Part shown: in pieces, positions 58,894-64,000 of the stretch
How positions within the stretch are numbered: position 1 is the first letter of the stretch
How the letters are laid out: each line of letters starts with the position of its first letter
IMG/VR virus record: IMGVR_UViG_3300020182_000010
Coordinates: 32,001-96,000 of that record
From: a virus
DNA: 64,000 nt
Direction: 5' to 3' (one strand)
Program-made: the position numbers and the translations under genes
Notes under the pieces: model-generated
The model's database searches: none
What the model saw: only the letters and a program-made list of their open reading frames with translations
What the model was told of the DNA's origin: nothing

Positions 58894-59339
58894 TCCTTCG
58901 GAGTATCAATAATATCTTTTACTATATCTCCACACATCTGATGTGTTTTATAAACTGCCCATTTTTGTTTCTCATTAATAGTTTGCTGCACCAGACTGTT
59001 GAAGTCTACAGTTGATCCAGTAATTTTGTCTAAAGAAGATTTAACATATTTTTGTTCTCGGACGCTGCTAACAATTTTATAATTATTTTTAATAAATTCT
59101 AGTATTTCAGCATCTAGTAAATTCAATGTATGCCAATGGCCATGAAGAATATGTTTTTTATTTAAGACTACTTCTCGTATATTATATTCATTGCCATGTA
59201 AAAATTCAGAGGTATGTAATACCCCCATCGCGGTTGGTTTATTTAACAATGTCGAATAATGTTTTGCTAAACTGCGACTTGCAGTTCTTGGAAAACTGAT
59301 TACCGCTATATTACAAATAGTGTTTGACATATCATACAT
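58884..59339 (-). CDS. sulfotransferase-like protein
   Basis: SFPRTASRSL resembles the PAPS-binding loop; SSVRE. Confidence 0.5.
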   Translation of the reverse strand: MYDMSNTICNIAVISFPRTASRSLAKHYSTLLNKPTAMGVLHTSEFLHGNEYNIREVVLNKKHILHGHWHTLNLLDAEILEFIKNNYKIVSSVREQKYVKSSLDKITGSTVDFNSLVQQTINEKQKWAVYKTHQMCGDIVKDIIDTPKDWI

Positions 59340-60060
59340 TTCCCGGTGATACGTTGTTTAAAATAAAAGAATCTACCGCATATTTTGCAAAATCTTCTCC
59401 GTAATGAAACGTATGTTTAGTAGAAAAATTGTTATCCTTCGCATAATTAGTATAGGCAAATGGTATGCTATTAAGTTTTAATATGCTTTTAGATTCTAGA
59501 ATCCAAGACAAATCATTCCAATTTGAACTCAACGAATGACTTTTTTCTTCGTCTGTGAGCATGGCATCTTCTATATCTGAAAACATAAACTTGCATGGTA
59601 TGTTTTCATTGTCACAGAATGATTTTAATAATATTATATGTTGAAGTAAATCTGTCTTATCTTGTATTGAATTTTGTATATATTCAAAATACCCAAGTGC
59701 TGCTGCATTGAAACCTCTACCCTGATTTAATTTTTCATACCATAAAGATAGTGTAACTGGGTTATTAAGTGTTTTTAAAAACAATTCACGCCTATGTGAA
59801 TATGTCATCATAAACACTGCGTTGGGTTTCTTGTTTTGTTGAATTAAGTTTTTTATACCGATTATTGCTTTTCGTGTGATTAAATTGTTCGATGCTCCTG
59901 GTCTAGAATCGTTAATGACCGATACCCCCATCTGTTCTCCTAACAAAGCCGGCCACGAAAATTTGCTGGTTTTGAAATTATCGACAAATGTATTACCCAC
60001 ATCATCCATTCCAAATCCTTGTGTATGAGAACAGCCACCTGCATATAAAATATTTTCCAT
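59332..60060 (-). CDS. SGNH-hydrolase-like protein
   Basis: GCSHTQG, SWP, GASN, C-terminal His; likely start MENILY at 60060. Confidence 0.6.
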   Translation of the reverse strand: MENILYAGGCSHTQGFGMDDVGNTFVDNFKTSKFSWPALLGEQMGVSVINDSRPGASNNLITRKAIIGIKNLIQQNKKPNAVFMMTYSHRRELFLKTLNNPVTLSLWYEKLNQGRGFNAAALGYFEYIQNSIQDKTDLLQHIILLKSFCDNENIPCKFMFSDIEDAMLTDEEKSHSLSSNWNDLSWILESKSILKLNSIPFAYTNYAKDNNFSTKHTFHYGEDFAKYAVDSFILNNVSPGNV

Positions 60061-60653
60061 TAGATATTTATTGTTTTTCGCATATTTTCGCATAGTCTTA
60101 TATCTTTAAGTGGTATGTTTGGAATTTCAAAATGTAAGCACAATCTATTTTCCGTAACATTTTTAACGCCGTGCCGTTTTGTAATGTTTAGAAATGTCGG
60201 AGAAGTTATTTGATACTCTCCGCCATCTTCATAATACGTGATTGATGACGAAATCCCCCACAGAGGTATCATCAGAACCGTATTTTTTCTATATGGAAAA
60301 TCTGAGTGTGTAGGCACATCTTCTCCTGCATGTTGAAGGAAAAATGAAACATCACCAATAACGATGTCGTTGTCAATTTTTTCTGATAACTGTTTTATTA
60401 TATTTGCAATTGTAGGATGAGTAGTGTCACACTTTGAAACAAAATCAGTACGCTTGTGTACTTTTTTTGTAATCGATTTTTTCAAATCTTTAATCGTATT
60501 ACCGATTACGTTTATCCCTGTATTTTTACAGAATTCATCTTTGTGATTAATATCAATATCATCAATATCATATGATCGCAGAGAGTTATAATAAGAAGTT
60601 AATACATCCACATCATAATCTAAATCTATGACTAGTACTTCACGATCATCCAT
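60060..60653 (-). CDS. Fe/2OG oxygenase-like protein
   Basis: PTHSD...HGV.N....R. Confidence 0.7.
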   Translation of the reverse strand: MDDREVLVIDLDYDVDVLTSYYNSLRSYDIDDIDINHKDEFCKNTGINVIGNTIKDLKKSITKKVHKRTDFVSKCDTTHPTIANIIKQLSEKIDNDIVIGDVSFFLQHAGEDVPTHSDFPYRKNTVLMIPLWGISSSITYYEDGGEYQITSPTFLNITKRHGVKNVTENRLCLHFEIPNIPLKDIRLCENMRKTINI

Positions 60654-60722
60654 GAGGTAATTTATCCAAATTCTCTATCTCCATAGTAATTATATGTATT
60701 CAAAAAACTATATTCATATTTA

Positions 60723-61400
60723 TTATATTATAAACTGTGTTCGCCATAACATACGTTCACCCTCGAATGCTACTCTTTTATGGATCATTTTTAGATTGTC
60801 CCAGATTAATATCTCGTTATCCTGCCATTCATGCATATATGCATTTGCTTCTACCCATTCTTTAATAGGACGTAAGTCTATTTCATTATTGCGCAATGTG
60901 TTTATACTACAATATAGTATATCTTCACCAGTGACATGATGCTTAATATTAAATGGTCGCTTTATTTTTTGTTTCTCTAGTAATCGTAGTTGTCTATCAG
61001 TAAAACATTCGCCATGCAAATGTATAGGAGGGTAGTATTCACCTATAGAATCTTTATACAGTTCTCTAAGTTCAAGTGGTGCATTACTCATATTACAGAA
61101 CCAAGTTGGTGAAAGATGAGCATTTTTTACATTGTACAATATTGTACCAAAGTAGTTTCCTCTACCATAACTCCAATCATTATGCCAGTCTACATCGCCG
61201 GTATTGAACAATCCATTATTACTTAACTCTTGCACAGTACGATTGTCATTAATCACATGCTTGTCTGTGATTAATGGTTTTCCTAATTCACTGACAATAT
61301 ACTCGAAATCTGTTAATGTTATTGAACTATTTAATGAGACTTTCACAAGACCATTCGTCATAAGATCCTGCTTGATGGTCTCTATATTCAATTGTTTCAT
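60723..61400 (-). CDS. TauD/TfdA-family dioxygenase
   Basis: WHND...TWF...HEW....LIWDN....HKR..F.GER...R. Confidence 0.88.
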   Translation of the reverse strand: MKQLNIETIKQDLMTNGLVKVSLNSSITLTDFEYIVSELGKPLITDKHVINDNRTVQELSNNGLFNTGDVDWHNDWSYGRGNYFGTILYNVKNAHLSPTWFCNMSNAPLELRELYKDSIGEYYPPIHLHGECFTDRQLRLLEKQKIKRPFNIKHHVTGEDILYCSINTLRNNEIDLRPIKEWVEANAYMHEWQDNEILIWDNLKMIHKRVAFEGERMLWRTQFII

Positions 61401-62262
61401 CTACCTTTTCCTTTACTTCCTCGTCTCTATACCAAATACCTGCTCTCCACAATTCGCGGTCGCCAGTATATGCTTCTCTTTTATGTAGACTGTGATGTTG
61501 GTCACTAAAACAGATATCATAATTATTCCATTCGTGTTCATACACATATTTTTCATCTTGTGTATGCTTTTTCAGTTTATAATATAAGTTATGCTGTGCA
61601 TCTTTAGAAATTCCACTAAATCCTCGAATAACAGTCCAAGGAAAATATAGGCCTTCCTTATTATTGATAGGGTGAGTTGTGACTAAATCTTTTCTTGGTG
61701 TTTGTTTTTCGAAACTGTTTTGTCCATCTATATCTTTGAACTCCATCATAGTTTGTTCATCACTAAAAATTCTCTTGTAATACATTTGCTCAAGTTTCAA
61801 CTTAGCATTATATGTTACGATTTTAGACTTTATGTTACGAAGAATGTCTTTTGTATTATCATCCAAATCTGCAAAAGCCGTTTGACTATCAGAGAAGAAC
61901 GTATTTCCACCACTCTCTGCATTTTGATGCATGTACATAACTACAACATCATCATGTCCCTTACGATTCATTCCAGCACTATGCCACTCTAATTCACCGT
62001 CTTCTTCACCGCTAAATAATCCATTTTTTCTAACTTTAATAAGTTCGCCATGTCCCGCGACATTTCCTTTGACTTTTGTATTTTGTGATACCACCTCACC
62101 AATTGTTTTATAAAATGATACTAGAGTTTCTGGTGGTACTGGATCATTATTTCTCACTACCACTACACGGCAATCACCTATTAGTTCTCTAATTTTATCT
62201 GCATCGTTTTCATAATCGCATTCAGTCACAATTGCTGCAAATTTATTTTTTTCTACAATCAT
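61327..62262 (-). CDS. TauD-family Fe/2OG enzyme with HxA motif (candidate halogenase)
   Basis: WHSAG at the HxD position, GGNTFF, HP, HEW...D....LHKR...DRELWR. Confidence 0.8.
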   Translation of the reverse strand: MIVEKNKFAAIVTECDYENDADKIRELIGDCRVVVVRNNDPVPPETLVSFYKTIGEVVSQNTKVKGNVAGHGELIKVRKNGLFSGEEDGELEWHSAGMNRKGHDDVVVMYMHQNAESGGNTFFSDSQTAFADLDDNTKDILRNIKSKIVTYNAKLKLEQMYYKRIFSDEQTMMEFKDIDGQNSFEKQTPRKDLVTTHPINNKEGLYFPWTVIRGFSGISKDAQHNLYYKLKKHTQDEKYVYEHEWNNYDICFSDQHHSLHKREAYTGDRELWRAGIWYRDEEVKEKVDETIEYRDHQAGSYDEWSCESLIK

Positions 62263-62815
62263 TTTTCACTCTTTCTAACCCTATATTTATACAGTCTTTC
62301 GTCAATGGAAGCCAAGTTATATTTTGTTCACAACTACTATCTCCGTTGCATACATAAAACTGGTCTGTTTCCATGATCCAGTCTGGCCATTGCATTTTGT
62401 TGTGCAAGAAGTATTTAAATCCATTAATACCGAACTTACCTTCTCTACTCATAAATGCATAATCAAATTTAAGATTGCCAACTAATTCTATCTGCTGTTC
62501 AATCATTTGTTTTGTATATTCAATATCGTTAACCGCAAATCTATAATCCGAAGATTTAATAAATCTATTTAGAACCCTACATCCATTTCCATAAAATTGT
62601 TTTCTATGTAAAACAGAAGAAAACCCCAATATTTTACCAGATTGCGTTTCATACGTTGATGCTCCAACCCAATCATCAATGTTTAACCGCTTCATTGTAT
62701 AATTATATTTTAGATTGTCTTGAAAATTTGATTGTGTAATAAACTGTTTTATGCTTTCAATATATGATTCCCAATTATTATCGGCAGAATTTATTGTTTT
62801 AATAGTTAAATTCAT
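62243..62815 (-). CDS. GNAT-like hypothetical protein
   Basis: ILGFS...RVLNRF....YR...AFMSR pattern. Confidence 0.45.
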   Translation of the reverse strand: MNLTIKTINSADNNWESYIESIKQFITQSNFQDNLKYNYTMKRLNIDDWVGASTYETQSGKILGFSSVLHRKQFYGNGCRVLNRFIKSSDYRFAVNDIEYTKQMIEQQIELVGNLKFDYAFMSREGKFGINGFKYFLHNKMQWPDWIMETDQFYVCNGDSSCEQNITWLPLTKDCINIGLERVKNDCRKK

Positions 62816-63734
62816 TTTGCTTCACATGTTCAAAGAATGGCGCAATTGTCCAATTCTGAGTCAACCGTCCTCTACTAGTGTTATCATGATCAATAACACC
62901 GTCATCGTCAATTTCCCAATCAATTAATCTTACGTATACTGGTCCTGCTTGTGTTTCATACTCAAACATCCAGGATGAAAGAGTTTCACCACTTTGTGGT
63001 CCTGCCGCAACAACTCCCGCTGCAGTCTTATATATGTCTTTTTCATTAATACCTAGTTGTAATTTTGCTATATCTTTAAGTTCTTGTATATTATATGAAG
63101 AATTTTCCATATATCTACCAATTTGTCCCACACTTTTCATTCGAAGTACGGGACGAATTCTATTATATGGCGGAGTAGTATTAAAATCTATTCCACTATT
63201 GCAGGCTAGTTCACCAAATAATTCTATTTGTCTTTTTAATGTATGTTCGTTTACATTTTTTGCAATGATTGTACCAGTGTTCACTGGCAGTCTCGCATCA
63301 AAAACATTTTTCAATGCTCTAACTTTTACCGTTGACCAATTGCCTTCATCTAATACTTTGTATACATTATCATCATCTGCGCCGTTCATACTAAGCAATA
63401 GTAATCTGAGGCCTGCATCTTTTAGATTGGATGTGTAACTCTTATTTGCTAACTTTAGTCCGTTGGTAGTTAGACTAGGGCGATGTCCTAATCTTTTTGT
63501 AGTTGCAATAATCTCACATATATCCTCTCTCATAGTAGGTTCTGCTCCTATTAATCTGATATAGGTACGAGCAGGTAATCGTTTGATAATGTCAAATAAT
63601 TTATTTTTATCAATATCTGGAATATCACGATTTGGAATATAACAGTTAGCACACTCCATGTTACATCGATGAGTTAGATCAACTACAATGTTACTGAATG
63701 TATTATTTTCTGGTTCTAATTCGTAATAATTCAT
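62799..63734 (-). CDS. radical SAM enzyme
   Basis: CNMECANC (CxxxCxxC), GAEPT, TTNG. Confidence 0.9.
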   Translation of the reverse strand: MNYYELEPENNTFSNIVVDLTHRCNMECANCYIPNRDIPDIDKNKLFDIIKRLPARTYIRLIGAEPTMREDICEIIATTKRLGHRPSLTTNGLKLANKSYTSNLKDAGLRLLLLSMNGADDDNVYKVLDEGNWSTVKVRALKNVFDARLPVNTGTIIAKNVNEHTLKRQIELFGELACNSGIDFNTTPPYNRIRPVLRMKSVGQIGRYMENSSYNIQELKDIAKLQLGINEKDIYKTAAGVVAAGPQSGETLSSWMFEYETQAGPVYVRLIDWEIDDDGVIDHDNTSRGRLTQNWTIAPFFEHVKQNEFNY

Positions 63735-64000
63735 TTATGATTCAATTGATTTGTATTCTGCCTGTGTTATAGTCTCTATGTCACTTATTACTAAATATTC
63801 ACCTAATGATTGTAATAACATTGTTAGATCATTATGCATATCAGATGCATGAGCCTTATATCGGTAGTAATTGGTCTGGAGCACATTGGAACCGTTATCT
63901 ACTCTGGTAGATTTTCTATCACCACTAATGTCAAGCTCTTTTTCATCAGATAGCCGATATGTTATACTGGTGAATTGATCTGAACCAATTGTTTCTTCAA
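63735..64000 (-). CDS. partial hypothetical protein (5' end outside the window)
   Basis: open frame ...EETIGSDQF...EYKSIES* abutting the radical SAM start. Confidence 0.55.
   Translation of the reverse strand, partial: EETIGSDQFTSITYRLSDEKELDISGDRKSTRVDNGSNVLQTNYYRYKAHASDMHNDLTMLLQSLGEYLVISDIETITQAEYKSIES

Noticed and set aside
61327-61400. 74-nt overlap of the two TauD genes as a programmed fusion
   Set aside because: No slippery site recognised; more simply a C-terminal extension past a lost stop codon.
696-63438. Many ORF-track entries antisense to or nested in clear genes (e.g. 696..977, 20405..20866, 37741..38283, 42294..42854, 50036..50560)
   Set aside because: Shadow frames of well-supported genes, with no RBS or motifs.
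1-64000. tRNA, tmRNA or rRNA genes
   Set aside because: No cloverleaf or T-loop signature found by eye in the intergenic gaps. A tRNAscan/Infernal run would be needed to exclude them formally.

Overview
AT-rich, gene-dense segment of a large T4-like (probably jumbo) myovirus. The host is probably a marine alphaproteobacterium, possibly Rhodobacterales. This is an inference from the FdxA, PutA and PepA types, the SxRPxxRP repeats and the GANTC promoters. Nearly all genes lie on the minus strand. Two promoter classes are visible: sigma70-type early promoters (TTGACA-N17-TATAAA) and T4-like late promoters (TAAATA). Gene content includes replication and nucleotide genes (clamp loader, DHFR, GuaC, two MazG-like NTPases, UvsE), many host-type metabolic genes (PutA, MetK, MtnN, FdxA, glutaredoxin), and a proteostasis/translation block (PepA, ClpS, IbpA, bS21, IF3, ClpX). 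There are also lysis and cell-wall enzymes, a LamG tail fibre, a plus-strand block of probable capsid-internal proteins, and an ~8 kb tailoring-enzyme island (radical SAM, Fe/2OG oxygenases, sulfotransferase, APS kinase). Most notable: (1) nine early promoters carry a CcrM GANTC site at an identical spacer position, and eight of them match the GcrA motif YGAKTCG, suggesting that early transcription reads the host methylation-dependent activator; (2) a TauD-family enzyme has the HxA halogenase-type iron motif; (3) a predicted ~100-nt late small RNA has an anti-Shine-Dalgarno seed; (4) probable polyprotein-like internal head proteins share an N-terminal tag. No tRNA, rRNA or CRISPR array was recognised. 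All family assignments come from reading motifs by eye, not from database searches.
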